From the NCBI GenBank assembly GCA_023380475.1, contig JAMCRD010000003.1, forward strand, positions 28,397 to 92,396: DNA of 64,000 bases. Direction: 5' to 3'. This document shows, one piece after another, positions 40,106 through 50,024 of this stretch. A model generated the notes under the pieces. The model had not been told where the DNA came from. It made no database searches and worked only from the letters and a program-made list of their open reading frames with translations. Origin of the DNA: Patescibacteria group bacterium (GTDB taxonomy: Bacteria > Patescibacteriota > Minisyncoccia > UBA6257 > Colwellbacteraceae). Positions within the stretch are counted from its first letter, which is position 1. The number at the start of each line of letters is the position of its first letter. Both the position numbers and the translations under genes were made by a program.

Positions 40106-40273
40106 ATGACATCATACAAATGTCCACAGTGTGGTGCTGTATCCACACAACCTGGGAATTGTTCCAAATGTAACGTTCCTATGGTGGCGGTAGAAGAGCA
40201 AGTCGGTGCTGACGCGCCGCAGCAAAAAGAGCAAACACCGCAAGAGCCGCAGCCGCAGCAACCCCAGCAGTAA
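40106..40273 (+). CDS. small zinc-ribbon protein (55 aa, hypothetical)
   Basis: MTSYKCPQCGAVSTQPGNCSKCNVPM... followed by a PQ-rich tail, with a terminator directly after it. Confidence 0.35.
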   Translation: MTSYKCPQCGAVSTQPGNCSKCNVPMVAVEEQVGADAPQQKEQTPQEPQPQQPQQ

Positions 40274-40283
40274 GCTTGCGCTA

Positions 40284-40334
40284 CAGTAACAAAAACACCT
40301 CGCTTTTAGTTCGAGCGAGGTGTTTTTGTTACTG
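40284..40334. terminator. bidirectional terminator: 20-bp perfect inverted repeat
   Basis: cagtaacaaaaacacctcgc-ttttagttcga-gcgaggtgtttttgttactg lies between convergent genes. Confidence 0.75.
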
Positions 40335-40335
40335 C

Positions 40336-41451
40336 TTATTCATACTGGATGAAACTAGGTTGAGGTGAAAGTTTCAGGATTTCTTCCGGCGTCATTAAGG
40401 CACTGCCAGGCTGCAGTACATCATTCTTGTAGAAAAGCTTGAAACCAGTAAATTGAATAGGCTTAGTTGCTACCACACCATCGTAGGTTTTTATCTTCTG
40501 AGCTTGCGTACCAAAACCATCCATATCCATAACAATCTCTACCTGAGGCAATGGTTTAATCTTATCCCAGTTCGTAACCATCTGATTAGTGAATATGTGA
40601 ATAACCAGTATCTTCGGCGGCAAATTATTTTCTTTAACAATCTGCGCTAGATATTGTGCAGCATAATTAATATCTGCAGCATCCATAGTGCCTATCCTTG
40701 TACCTGGATAACCACCATCACGCATAGAGAATTCTGGATCGAGTGCTAGCTCGACTTGAGATAGCTTCAAATATTTTGCAAGTAACGGTAATTCGGTTTC
40801 GACAGCACTTAAACCAATTTGTACGTCCAAGACAACAAGCCCATTGACACTTTCAGCCAAACTTATAGCTTTATCAATCTGGCTCGACGGCATTCGTAGG
40901 CTATACAACCCATCCGACCCAGGGGTATTCTGCGCAGCGACAGCAATATAGTCTATAGCTGGTATAACTGGCGTTGAGGTATCCACCGCTTGCCACTCAT
41001 CGACCGCATTTTTAAGCATGCTAATCATCTGACCGGGGGGATATTCGCCCAATACTCCCATCTGCTTAGAATAGAAATTACCGTAATAAGCAACGATCCT
41101 GCTAAACGGTAAAATGGCACCTCCCAACGGGTATACCGTTTTGACTGGCCAAGAACTCGGCGTCGAGGTTGCTACAAGCTCTGTAGATGTAGTAGAGGAT
41201 ACAGTAGATGAAGCGATCGCAATCCTAACATAGTGAATTGGGATATTAGCTAACTCTTCCAATTTTGCATTATAGGCAGCTATATCTAAAGGTGGATAGG
41301 TAAATGGAATCGAAGTGGCTTGTTTGGGAACATCTTTGCCGTCGCTTAATACAAACATTGGTTGATAGTAGATAAACGTTGCAGCCACGGCTACAAACAA
41401 CAAAATTCCAAAAACAATAAAGGCTTGCCTTACCCTACTTTTACTCTTCAC
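40336..41451 (-). CDS. membrane-anchored secreted protein (hypothetical)
   Basis: N-terminal TM ILLFVAVAATFIYY plus a 340-aa extracytoplasmic domain of unrecognised family. Confidence 0.45.
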   Translation of the reverse strand: MKSKSRVRQAFIVFGILLFVAVAATFIYYQPMFVLSDGKDVPKQATSIPFTYPPLDIAAYNAKLEELANIPIHYVRIAIASSTVSSTTSTELVATSTPSSWPVKTVYPLGGAILPFSRIVAYYGNFYSKQMGVLGEYPPGQMISMLKNAVDEWQAVDTSTPVIPAIDYIAVAAQNTPGSDGLYSLRMPSSQIDKAISLAESVNGLVVLDVQIGLSAVETELPLLAKYLKLSQVELALDPEFSMRDGGYPGTRIGTMDAADINYAAQYLAQIVKENNLPPKILVIHIFTNQMVTNWDKIKPLPQVEIVMDMDGFGTQAQKIKTYDGVVATKPIQFTGFKLFYKNDVLQPGSALMTPEEILKLSPQPSFIQYE

Positions 41452-41509
41452 CTTATTTTCCGAATTATTCTGATCCAGGGGTCTTTAATTTACACAATAA
41501 TTGACCTTG

Positions 41510-41581
41510 CTGCGGGGCTAGGAGTCGAACCTAGAATTCCTGCTCCAAAGGCAGGCGTGTTACCAATTGCACCACCCCGCA
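41510..41581 (-). tRNA. tRNA-Gln (anticodon UUG)
   Basis: The reverse complement UGCGGGGUGGUGCAAUUGGUAACACGCCUGCCUUUGGAGCAGGAAUUCUAGGUUCGACUCCUAGCCCCGCAG folds as a cloverleaf. It has U1-A72 and G73 (Gln identity elements), a TTCGA T-loop and a CUUUGGA anticodon loop. No CCA is encoded. Confidence 0.8.
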
Positions 41582-41812
41582 ATAACTTAGACTAAACTCT
41601 AACTTAACTTAAAATAATTTGCCACTCCATCGACCCATCCTGCTATCCTTCTGTTTAGGGCGGAACTCGCTTTTACTCTAATTCTCAATAATCCAAAGTA
41701 CGATTTGCCTACATTTTCCCAGTTGTTCGGAAACCAATCTTTATTAAGGTCTCATCCTACTATTGGACGTCTAGACGCCCCAAATATAAAACTGGAGTCG
41801 GGTAGCCACAGA

Positions 41813-42922
41813 CTACTTTTTTAGATTCTCTATTATAGCGATCTCCAAGGGTACAACAGCAAATGGGCTGTAACGCATTTCGCTATACGCTCGGATAAGT
41901 GATTTTATAATCGCGATCAACTTCACATCGTCCTTGATCATAGCTCCATGTTTCTTAATCAAAGATATTTCCTCACCAGTCAACTCGCGCTTGAAGACGT
42001 CCTCAAGATCTGGATCGAACCTGAGCGAGAGAACTCTTCTAAAATAGTGAATCAGGTCGCGAGTAAGCTGGACCAAGTTAAAACCTGCTTCATTGATATC
42101 GGCCAGATAACTCAAGGCGGCTTGCAAATCGCCTGCCAGTATGTAGCCCGCCAGTCCCGAGGTGCGGGTGAGACCTACCTTACCCAACAGTCTCTCGACA
42201 TTCTCCAGCGTCGTCCCGCTCCCCATGGACACAACTTGTTCCAACAGAGATTCGGCGTCCCGGAAACTGCCGTCGGCCGCCGTGGCGATAAGTTCCAGAG
42301 CAGCGCTGTCGATATCAAATTTTTCTTCAAGAACTATCTTGTTCAGTTTTTGCAATATTTCCTGAGTTGGCACGCGGCGGAAATGGAAACGCTGGGTACG
42401 CGAGGTTATGGTTGGCGGGAGTTTATCCACCTCAGTCGTAGCCAAAATGAAGATGGCGTGGGCGGGCGGCTCTTCCAAAGTTTTCAAAAGAGCATTCGCT
42501 GCCTCCTTAGTAAGCTGGTGGGCTTCGTCGATTATAAACACCTTATAGCGATTGGAAGTAGGGGAAAGTTTTATGCCTTCCTTCAAGCTTCTTATCTCAT
42601 CGATTCCTCGGTTAGAGGCGGCATCGATCTCGATCACGTCCAAGGCATGCCCTTCGTCTATCTCTCGGCAAGCGCGGCATTTATTACACGGTTCGCCGGT
42701 CGCCCTGAACTTCGGGTCGCTGGCCCGGGTCTCACAGTTAGCTATCTTGGCAATCAATCTTGCCGCCGTCGTCTTGCCGGTACCCCTCGGGCCATAAAAA
42801 AGGTAAGCATGACTCAACTTGTCCTCGCGGGCTGCATTCTTTATGACCTCAACTACCAGGTTCTGTCCAATCAATTCGGACAGGAGTTTGGGCCGGTATT
42901 TCCTGTATATCGCCAGAGCCAT
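41813..42922 (-). CDS. dnaX: DNA polymerase III subunit gamma/tau (short form, AAA+ clamp-loader ATPase)
   Basis: YRKYRPKLLSELIGQ, GPRGTGKTT, the Zn module CNKCRACREI, DEAH, and SRTQRFHFRR (sensor 1 and the arginine finger). The ATG is at 42922. Confidence 0.85.
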   Translation of the reverse strand: MALAIYRKYRPKLLSELIGQNLVVEVIKNAAREDKLSHAYLFYGPRGTGKTTAARLIAKIANCETRASDPKFRATGEPCNKCRACREIDEGHALDVIEIDAASNRGIDEIRSLKEGIKLSPTSNRYKVFIIDEAHQLTKEAANALLKTLEEPPAHAIFILATTEVDKLPPTITSRTQRFHFRRVPTQEILQKLNKIVLEEKFDIDSAALELIATAADGSFRDAESLLEQVVSMGSGTTLENVERLLGKVGLTRTSGLAGYILAGDLQAALSYLADINEAGFNLVQLTRDLIHYFRRVLSLRFDPDLEDVFKRELTGEEISLIKKHGAMIKDDVKLIAIIKSLIRAYSEMRYSPFAVVPLEIAIIENLKK

Positions 42923-43020
42923 CGCTTTAATTATATGTGGAAACGACATAAAATGAAGCGTCAAAACATAAACCCTGAGTTACCCCGATAAACAGAAGGG
43001 GAATTGCCCGCCCGCACATC

Positions 43021-43737
43021 ATGAGTGACTACGAACTGAAGCTTCCCGAGTTCCAAGGCCCGATAGACAAGCTGCTTGAGCTGATTGAGGCCAAGCAGCT
43101 TGAGATAAACCGAGTCAGCTTAGCTGAAGTTACAGCTGACTTCATCCAGTACCTGGAAACCATCAAGAACGTTTCAGCTTCGACTTTGGCCGATTTTATC
43201 TCTGTAGCTGCAAAACTGATTCTTATAAAGTCACACACCCTTCTGCCATCTTTGCCAGTAACAGCTGAAGAAGAATCGGAGATGGCCGAGTTGGAGCATC
43301 GGCTGGCTATATACCGTGAACTAAGGAACGCTGAAAGAAACATCCATAAGATTTGGGGTAAGAACGTTGCTCTAAACAGAGAGTTTTTGGCCAACGTGCC
43401 TGAAGGGTTTTACCTAAGCCAGCCTCTCCAGCCCAATGAGCTGTTAGCGGTAATGAATAAGCTGAACCAGGAAGTGACGACTTTCCTGCCGCAGGAAGCC
43501 TCCGAAAAAGTCAAAATTGTAAGTCTGGAAGAAACTATCCGTGGATTGGCTGCAACGATAAACAAGGTTATGTCGACCAGCTTCGACAGATTGACCAAAG
43601 GTAAAGATAAAAAAGAGATAGTGGTTCTTTTCCTAGCTTTGCTGCATTTACTCAAAGACAATATAATCCAAGTGGATCAACCAGGAATATTCGAGAGTAT
43701 AAATATAGTTTTCCAAAACAATGCCAAGCAATCTTAA
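43021..43737 (+). CDS. scpA: segregation and condensation protein A
   Basis: LPEFQGPIDKLLELIEAKQLEINRVSLAEVTADFIQYL is a ScpA N-terminus. It lies upstream of scpB. Confidence 0.8.
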   Translation: MSDYELKLPEFQGPIDKLLELIEAKQLEINRVSLAEVTADFIQYLETIKNVSASTLADFISVAAKLILIKSHTLLPSLPVTAEEESEMAELEHRLAIYRELRNAERNIHKIWGKNVALNREFLANVPEGFYLSQPLQPNELLAVMNKLNQEVTTFLPQEASEKVKIVSLEETIRGLAATINKVMSTSFDRLTKGKDKKEIVVLFLALLHLLKDNIIQVDQPGIFESINIVFQNNAKQS

Positions 43738-44278
43738 AGCAGCTATCGAGGCTCTTCTCTTCGTATACGGCGAGCCGGTCAAAATAAAGAAACTCGCTCA
43801 GATAAACCAGACTGACGAAGAAACCGTAAACAAAGCCTTGGAAGAAATAAAATCGTCTCTCCAAGCCCAAGAGGGAGGACTAAGTCTGATGGTTTATGAC
43901 GGCGAAGCGGTTCTAACCACCAAGCCGGAACTAGCCAGTCTACTGCAAAATGTGATCAAGGAGGAAATGGATTCAGAGCTGACTCCGGCAAGCCTCGAGA
44001 CCCTAACCATCGCATCTTACTTAGGGCCGTGCAGCCGAGCCGAAATAGACTATGTCCGTGGCGTAAACTCTGCCATCATCTTAAGAAGCTTAAGCGTGCG
44101 GGGACTGGTTACCCGTAAGCCGGATCCTGAAAGAAGCAATAGCTACCTCTATCAAGTGACGGGGGATTTCTTACGCCATATCGGTCTAGGCTCACCAGAA
44201 GATTTGCCCGAATACAGCAAGTACCACGAACTTATCAAAAAACTTCGGGAAATAAATGAGGCTCCCGAAAATAAGTAA
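43721..44278 (+). CDS. scpB: segregation and condensation protein B
   Basis: LKAAIEALLFVYGEPVKIKKLAQI is a wHTH pair typical of ScpB. Confidence 0.8.
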   Translation: MPSNLKAAIEALLFVYGEPVKIKKLAQINQTDEETVNKALEEIKSSLQAQEGGLSLMVYDGEAVLTTKPELASLLQNVIKEEMDSELTPASLETLTIASYLGPCSRAEIDYVRGVNSAIILRSLSVRGLVTRKPDPERSNSYLYQVTGDFLRHIGLGSPEDLPEYSKYHELIKKLREINEAPENK

Positions 44279-45188
44279 GAGCAGACTGTCGCTCGCCATC
44301 ACTGGGCTGGCAGTGCTAGCTATAGCCGCTGGCTTAGTTATCTCAAGAGAACAATATATTTTCAGCTATCCATCAAATCGTCTGACAACGACCTCTTCAG
44401 AACCAACCAGTGCTTACAGCGACACGGCAACGGCGCTAAAGTCCGTTTCTTCGATCTACCAGTATACCTCGAGCACCGATGCAGCCACGGCGGCTGTCTA
44501 TTCGCTCCAAGACGGTACTGAAATCCTAGGATGGAATGATGGCAAGCAGTGGCCTATAGCTTCCCTGACCAAATTGATGACAGCCTTGGTGACCAGCCGC
44601 CTGCTGCCATCCGATCAGCTGGTAACTGTAAGTTCAACCGACGAACAGTACCTCACCGCAGCCCAAGCTGCACCAACTTTCAAGGTAGGGGATACGCTCA
44701 CTGTCCGAGATCTCATTACCTCAATGATGATTGTTTCTTCAGACGATGCTGCCGAAGCTCTGGCAGATTACTACGGTCGCGATAAATTTCTGCAGGTCAT
44801 GAATGATACTGCAAAGAGTCTCAACATGGACGATACGAGATTCGTGAGTCCTTCTGGCCTCTCACCCCAAAACTTATCAACAACCTCCGACTTGTTCCAG
44901 TTGGTAAAATTCATATGGTCCACTGACCCGAACCTCCTCGCTCTAACCCGCCAAAAACAAGCTAGGGTCACGGTATACGAGGGAGGTGCGGCTACTTTCA
45001 GATATCTCACCAATATCGACCAGTTCGCTGGAGCAGCGAACTTCCTTGGCGGTAAAACAGGAACCTTGCCAGTCAGCGCTCAAAACATCATCTCCATTTT
45101 TGAGAGCGGCGGCGCGGCGAAAGTTATAATTGTTCTTGGATCCACCAATCGCTACGCCGAAGCCACTAAACTACTAACTACACTATGA
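44256..45188 (+). CDS. D-alanyl-D-alanine carboxypeptidase (peptidase S11-like)
   Basis: A TM anchor, then SxxK (ASLTKLM), a second serine motif (VSSDDAA) and KTG (GGKTGTL). Confidence 0.7.
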   Translation: MRLPKISKSRLSLAITGLAVLAIAAGLVISREQYIFSYPSNRLTTTSSEPTSAYSDTATALKSVSSIYQYTSSTDAATAAVYSLQDGTEILGWNDGKQWPIASLTKLMTALVTSRLLPSDQLVTVSSTDEQYLTAAQAAPTFKVGDTLTVRDLITSMMIVSSDDAAEALADYYGRDKFLQVMNDTAKSLNMDDTRFVSPSGLSPQNLSTTSDLFQLVKFIWSTDPNLLALTRQKQARVTVYEGGAATFRYLTNIDQFAGAANFLGGKTGTLPVSAQNIISIFESGGAAKVIIVLGSTNRYAEATKLLTTL

Positions 45189-46234
45189 TAACTACTGTCC
45201 TCCAAGCCATAAGAGTTTTCACTTTTGCAATCGTAGCTTTTTTGCTGGCCTTGTCATTGACGCCAACTCTTTTGGACTTTCTCAAGCGGATAAACGCTCG
45301 GAAACAGATACGCTCCAGCGAGGCCGCCCCGATATATTCCCGACTTCACGCCAACAAGGCTGGCACCCCCACTATGGGTGGCGTCATCATCTGGGGCACA
45401 GTCATCGTCTTGGCCTTGGTATTCGCCATACTTAACCTATTGTTCAACGGTTTCTTTAAATATCTTAACTTTATAGACCGTGCTCAGACCTATCTGCCGC
45501 TAGCCGCACTGCTAATCGCAGCCATTCTAGGATTAGCCGATGACATCGTAGGCATATTGAAAATCGGCCCGAAGGGCGGCGGGCTGACGGTGCAATACAA
45601 ATTACTGGTCTACTTTGTCTTGTCGGCCATCGGTGCTTGGTGGTTCTACTACCGTCTCGGCTGGAACACGCTTTACATTCCATTCGTCGGCAATGTTGCT
45701 ATCGGCCTCTGGTACATACCGATATTCATATTTGTCGTCGTCGCCACCGCTTTCTCGGCTAACGAAACCGATGGTCTAGATGGCCTGCTAGGCGGTGTTT
45801 CTTTGTTCGCCTTCGGGGCATTGACCACTGTAGCTTTTGTGCTGGGGCGTTATGACCTCGCAGTGATGGGTGGAACAATGGGTGGAGCACTGTTGGCTTT
45901 CCTTTGGTTCAACATCCACCCTGCCAAATTATTCATGGGTGACACGGGCAGCATGGCTATCGGCATAACCTTGGGCATCATGGCCTTGCTCACCAACACA
46001 GCACTGTTCCTGCCCTTGTTTGCTTTCATAATGGTCATTGAATCACTGTCGGTAATCATTCAGCTGATCAGCAAGAGGCTTTTTAAGCATAAAATATTCC
46101 TCTCTACGCCAATTCATCACCATTTCGAGGCTCTGGGCTGGCCGGAATACCAGGTTACCATGCGTTTCTGGATAATATCAGTCGTGTTTGCCGGGTTGGG
46201 CCTAATCGTTTTCTTCCTGGCTAGGATCCTGTAA
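45185..46234 (+). CDS. mraY: phospho-N-acetylmuramoyl-pentapeptide transferase
   Basis: KAGTPTMGG, NETDGLDGL and PAKLFMGDTGSMAIG are MraY signatures. Confidence 0.88.
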   Translation: MITTVLQAIRVFTFAIVAFLLALSLTPTLLDFLKRINARKQIRSSEAAPIYSRLHANKAGTPTMGGVIIWGTVIVLALVFAILNLLFNGFFKYLNFIDRAQTYLPLAALLIAAILGLADDIVGILKIGPKGGGLTVQYKLLVYFVLSAIGAWWFYYRLGWNTLYIPFVGNVAIGLWYIPIFIFVVVATAFSANETDGLDGLLGGVSLFAFGALTTVAFVLGRYDLAVMGGTMGGALLAFLWFNIHPAKLFMGDTGSMAIGITLGIMALLTNTALFLPLFAFIMVIESLSVIIQLISKRLFKHKIFLSTPIHHHFEALGWPEYQVTMRFWIISVVFAGLGLIVFFLARIL

Positions 46235-46292
46235 GGATTCCGGAAACAATAAACGTCTCTCGGGCTAATAGAGAGGTGCTATAATTCAGAGA

Positions 46293-47777
46293 ATGAGCCT
46301 GCTTATAAAAGGCGTCCAAGTGGTGGACGGTGAAGGGAAGCCACCATATTTGGCTGATGTTCTCGTCCAAAAGAATGTGATTGGCGCCATTGGCAACTTT
46401 AAAAACAAACAGACCGATGAAGTCATAGACGGCCTAGGCAACTATCTCATGCCTGGTTTCATAGATGTCGACACCGATTCCGACCACTACCTGGATATAT
46501 TCACTCATCCATCCCAGACCGATTTTACATCTCAAGGAGTAACTACCATTATTGGCGGCCACTGCGGTTCATCGCTGGCACCGCTGCTCTACGGCACGCT
46601 CGAGGGATTGGACAAATGGGCTGACCCATCGACTATCAACGTGAATTGGCACACCATGGCTGAATTCCTATCATCTTTGGACAAACTCAAGCTAGGGGTT
46701 AATTTTGGATCCCTGGTCGGATACTCAACCGTACGTCGAGCTTTAACCGGAGATAACGAACGCGCCCTGACTCACAGCGAGTTGGCCATCTTTAAAGAAG
46801 TTGTCAGTCGGGCTTTACGGGAAGGAGCCTTCGGTCTGTCGACCGGCCTAGGTTACGTCCACGGCCGCACGGCCAAACCGGAGGAGATAAAAGAGCTGGT
46901 CAGCATCCTTAAAAACTTTGACGCTGTGTATGCCACCCATCTGAGAAATCAAACCGATCGTCTTCTGGCCTCAGTTAGAGAAACAATTGACGTTGCTTCA
47001 GCCACCGGCGTCCAGACTCTGATAAGCCACCTCCGCCCCCTGAAAGGGTATGAAGATCAATATATCAAGGCTCTCGAATTGATCGAGCACAGTGCCGCCC
47101 AAGCCAGCATTTTCTTCGATGTCTATCCCCACGACACGAGCATCTACTCGCTGTACTCGCTCCTACCACGCGAAGCCCAGAAGAGGAGCGCCGAAGCAAC
47201 GTTGGAGCACATAGCCAAACCCAAGAACCTCAAGACGATAGAAAAAAATCTGGCCGAACTTGATCCGGATAATATGCAGATTGCCAGCGCCCCTAAATAT
47301 GATCATTTAGTAGGCAAAACTATCCGCAACGTCGCCGAAGACAAAGGCATCACCCCTGCCAAAGCTCTACTGGAACTGATGAGGCTTACCTCACTAAAAG
47401 CCACTGTCTTCTATAAAGACGTTAACCTGGACTTACTAACTCAAGCCATGGTCAGCGACCGTTGTTTCATAGCCTCCAACGGCCACTCGCCGCTCCCTGG
47501 AAAATTTATGAAGCACGAGCGTTCGACCAATACCTTCCCTAAATTCCTGGAGATGGCAAGCAAGCTCAACCTGATGCCGATAGAAAAAGCTGTAAAAAAG
47601 ATAACCTCCTTGCCGGCCAAATATTTCGATCTCAACGACAGGGGAGCGATCAAAGAAGGCAAAATCGCCGACCTGGCCCTGGTCGGCAAGGATGATCTCA
47701 AAGTGAAAGAAGTCGTCGTTGGCGGGGAACGCCGAGGTGCAATCCTTCGCCACCAAAATCACAAAGGCAAGAAGTGA
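46293..47777 (+). CDS. D-aminoacylase-family amidohydrolase (divergent; HxH replaced by DxD)
   Basis: PGFIDVDTDSD stands where GFIDxHTH is expected. GGHCGSS, YATHLRN, ISHLRP and the C-terminal TSLPAKYFDLNDRGAIKEGKIADLALV match the N-acyl-D-amino-acid deacylase architecture. Confidence 0.6.
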   Translation: MSLLIKGVQVVDGEGKPPYLADVLVQKNVIGAIGNFKNKQTDEVIDGLGNYLMPGFIDVDTDSDHYLDIFTHPSQTDFTSQGVTTIIGGHCGSSLAPLLYGTLEGLDKWADPSTINVNWHTMAEFLSSLDKLKLGVNFGSLVGYSTVRRALTGDNERALTHSELAIFKEVVSRALREGAFGLSTGLGYVHGRTAKPEEIKELVSILKNFDAVYATHLRNQTDRLLASVRETIDVASATGVQTLISHLRPLKGYEDQYIKALELIEHSAAQASIFFDVYPHDTSIYSLYSLLPREAQKRSAEATLEHIAKPKNLKTIEKNLAELDPDNMQIASAPKYDHLVGKTIRNVAEDKGITPAKALLELMRLTSLKATVFYKDVNLDLLTQAMVSDRCFIASNGHSPLPGKFMKHERSTNTFPKFLEMASKLNLMPIEKAVKKITSLPAKYFDLNDRGAIKEGKIADLALVGKDDLKVKEVVVGGERRGAILRHQNHKGKK

Positions 47778-48877
47778 TGCGCCAGAGAGGTCATGCCGAC
47801 TACATAATCCTCGTAACGTTTATCATTCTGGTAGCTTTCGGCTTCATGATGCTGGCCTCAGCCTCATCAGACTTAGGGAAGACCAACTTCAACAACCCTT
47901 ATTACTATATTGAACACCAGATAATGTACGGTTTTAGTTTAGGCGTCGTCGGCTTCTTAATCGGATTGCTGGTGCCGTATAAGTTCTACAAGAGATACGC
48001 TCTACTTTTCTTGATAGCCACAATAGCACTACTGGTGATAGTCTTCGTGCCTCATATCGGTGTATCCAGCGGCGGAGCTCAACGCTGGATAAATGTTGGC
48101 CCGTTAACCGTACAACCTGGAGAAGTTACTAAACTGCTTTTTATAATGTATCTGGCTGCGTGGCTGTCGTCGGCGCGCAAAGACAGACGCACTCGAACAG
48201 TAACCGAAGGGCTTATACCTTTTTGGGTCACAACCGGCTTGGTAGCCGTGTTGCTCCTTTTGGAGCATTCCACCAGTTCAGTTTTTATCGTCCTTGCCGG
48301 GGCTTTAACTGTTTACTTCGCAGCCGGTGCCAAGAAATTTTTCTTGTTAGCCACCTTCGTCCTGGGAGGGCTGTTGGTCGGCGCTTTTATCCTTATCACC
48401 CCTTACAGACTGGCTCGCATTGATGCCTACCTCAATCCTTCGGCCCAGAACGTATACGGCTCAGGCTACCAGATTAACCAATCGCTTCTGACCATTGGTT
48501 CCGGCAGTTTGTTTGGGGTAGGTTACGGCAATTCCGTTTCTAAAAGGTATCTACCAGCTAGGCTGGATGACGCCATTTTTGCCATCATCGCCGAGGAGTT
48601 CGGCTTTATAGGTTCTGTGGCCGTGGTTGCTCTTTTCTTTACCTTAGTCGGTCGGGGATTGATCCTAGCCAAGAAAATGTCTGATCCCATGGGTAAGTCA
48701 ATACTGGTCGGCTTCTCAACGATAATCGGCGTCCAGGTTTTCCTGCATATAGGTTCGGTATCCCAGCTGATCCCGCTGACCGGTGTGCCACTGCCTTTCA
48801 TAAGTTACGGTGGTACGGCTTTAGCTGTATTTATGACCATGGTGGGCATAATGTTAAACATAAGCAAGTATGTCTAA
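47774..48877 (+). CDS. ftsW: SEDS-family peptidoglycan glycosyltransferase FtsW/RodA
   Basis: 10 TM segments, the VGPLTVQPGE loop, and PFISYGGTALAVFMTMVG at the C-terminus. It lies between mraY and murG. Confidence 0.8.
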   Translation: MMRQRGHADYIILVTFIILVAFGFMMLASASSDLGKTNFNNPYYYIEHQIMYGFSLGVVGFLIGLLVPYKFYKRYALLFLIATIALLVIVFVPHIGVSSGGAQRWINVGPLTVQPGEVTKLLFIMYLAAWLSSARKDRRTRTVTEGLIPFWVTTGLVAVLLLLEHSTSSVFIVLAGALTVYFAAGAKKFFLLATFVLGGLLVGAFILITPYRLARIDAYLNPSAQNVYGSGYQINQSLLTIGSGSLFGVGYGNSVSKRYLPARLDDAIFAIIAEEFGFIGSVAVVALFFTLVGRGLILAKKMSDPMGKSILVGFSTIIGVQVFLHIGSVSQLIPLTGVPLPFISYGGTALAVFMTMVGIMLNISKYV

Positions 48878-50024
48878 GTTGAGAGTATTGATGACTGGCG
48901 GCGGGACAGGCGGGCATATTTATCCGCTGGTCTCGGTTGCGGCTGAGCTTCAAGTATTGGCCGCCGAGAAGAAAATCAGCTTGGATATCCATTACCTCGG
49001 TGCCTTCGGACCGTTCCAAGAACTGCTCGAGCTAAACGGCTTGAAAGTAGGCCGCATCGCCGATAGCAGACTGAGACGTTATTTTTCGATGCGCAATTTC
49101 ATAGACGTTCCGAAATTTGGCTACAGCTTATTGCAAGCTGCCTTCAAGATGTTTTGGTTCATGCCAGATGTAGTTTTCTCGAAAGGCGGACCCGGAGCGC
49201 TGGCAGTTGTCTTGATTGCTCGCTTCTACCGGATACCGGTAATAATCCATGAGTCCGATTCTGTGCCAGGACTTACTAACCTTATCTCCGGTAAGTATGC
49301 CAATGTAATCGCGACTTCTTTCGAGTCCGCTTCGGTCTATTTCCCAAGCGATAAAATAGTGCTGACCGGCAACCCCATCCGCCGCTATATGCTGGAAGAT
49401 TTTAAAAAGGAATCGGTTAGCCGTAACAAGGGATTCCTCGGCTTCGATCCTTCTTTGCCTCTCATAACCGTGATGGGTGGTTCGCAAGGAGCTGCGGCTC
49501 TAAACGACTTCGTCATCGGACATCTGCGGGAGATATTGAATATAACGCAGGTTTTGCACCAAACAGGAACGGCCAACTACGACGATGTTGTGTCTAAACT
49601 TGAATCAGCCTCGGCGGGAATCGATAACGATCTGCTCAAACGCTACCGTCCCGTCGCTTATCTCAAAAATGATCTACGAGCTGCCTTTATCGCTTCTGAT
49701 TTGGTAGTCAGCCGCGCCAGCGGCGGCGGCATATTTGAACTGGCCGCTTTTGGAAAACCATCTATCCTCATACCACTGCCGTCGGACGTGGCCGCCGGAG
49801 ACCACCAGACCAAGAACGCTGCCGATTACTGCCAGACCGGTGCGGCTGTGATGGTGAAGCAGGACGAAATGCCCAGCCGTCTACTCAAAGAGGTTCAAAG
49901 ACTGCTAGCATCGCCGGCGGAATTAAATCAAATGAGTCAGGCAGCCACACGTTTTTCTAAGCCTGAGGCCGCTTTAAATATAGCCGAAACCGTCCTAAAA
50001 TTAGGAGGTTATGGTGAGAGTTAG
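48870..50024 (+). CDS. murG: UDP-GlcNAc:undecaprenyl-PP-MurNAc-pentapeptide GlcNAc transferase
   Basis: VLMTGGGTGGHIYPLVSVAAEL is the MurG N-terminal G-loop. Confidence 0.88.
   Translation: MSKLRVLMTGGGTGGHIYPLVSVAAELQVLAAEKKISLDIHYLGAFGPFQELLELNGLKVGRIADSRLRRYFSMRNFIDVPKFGYSLLQAAFKMFWFMPDVVFSKGGPGALAVVLIARFYRIPVIIHESDSVPGLTNLISGKYANVIATSFESASVYFPSDKIVLTGNPIRRYMLEDFKKESVSRNKGFLGFDPSLPLITVMGGSQGAAALNDFVIGHLREILNITQVLHQTGTANYDDVVSKLESASAGIDNDLLKRYRPVAYLKNDLRAAFIASDLVVSRASGGGIFELAAFGKPSILIPLPSDVAAGDHQTKNAADYCQTGAAVMVKQDEMPSRLLKEVQRLLASPAELNQMSQAATRFSKPEAALNIAETVLKLGGYGES

Noticed and set aside
41948-42991. Plus-strand 347-aa ORF.
   Set aside because: It lies entirely antisense to dnaX, whose AAA+ motifs are unambiguous on the minus strand.
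42923-43020. Looked for an SRP RNA (ffs) upstream of dnaX, a common neighbourhood.
   Set aside because: No domain-IV consensus is present and the region is only about 100 nt. I made no call.
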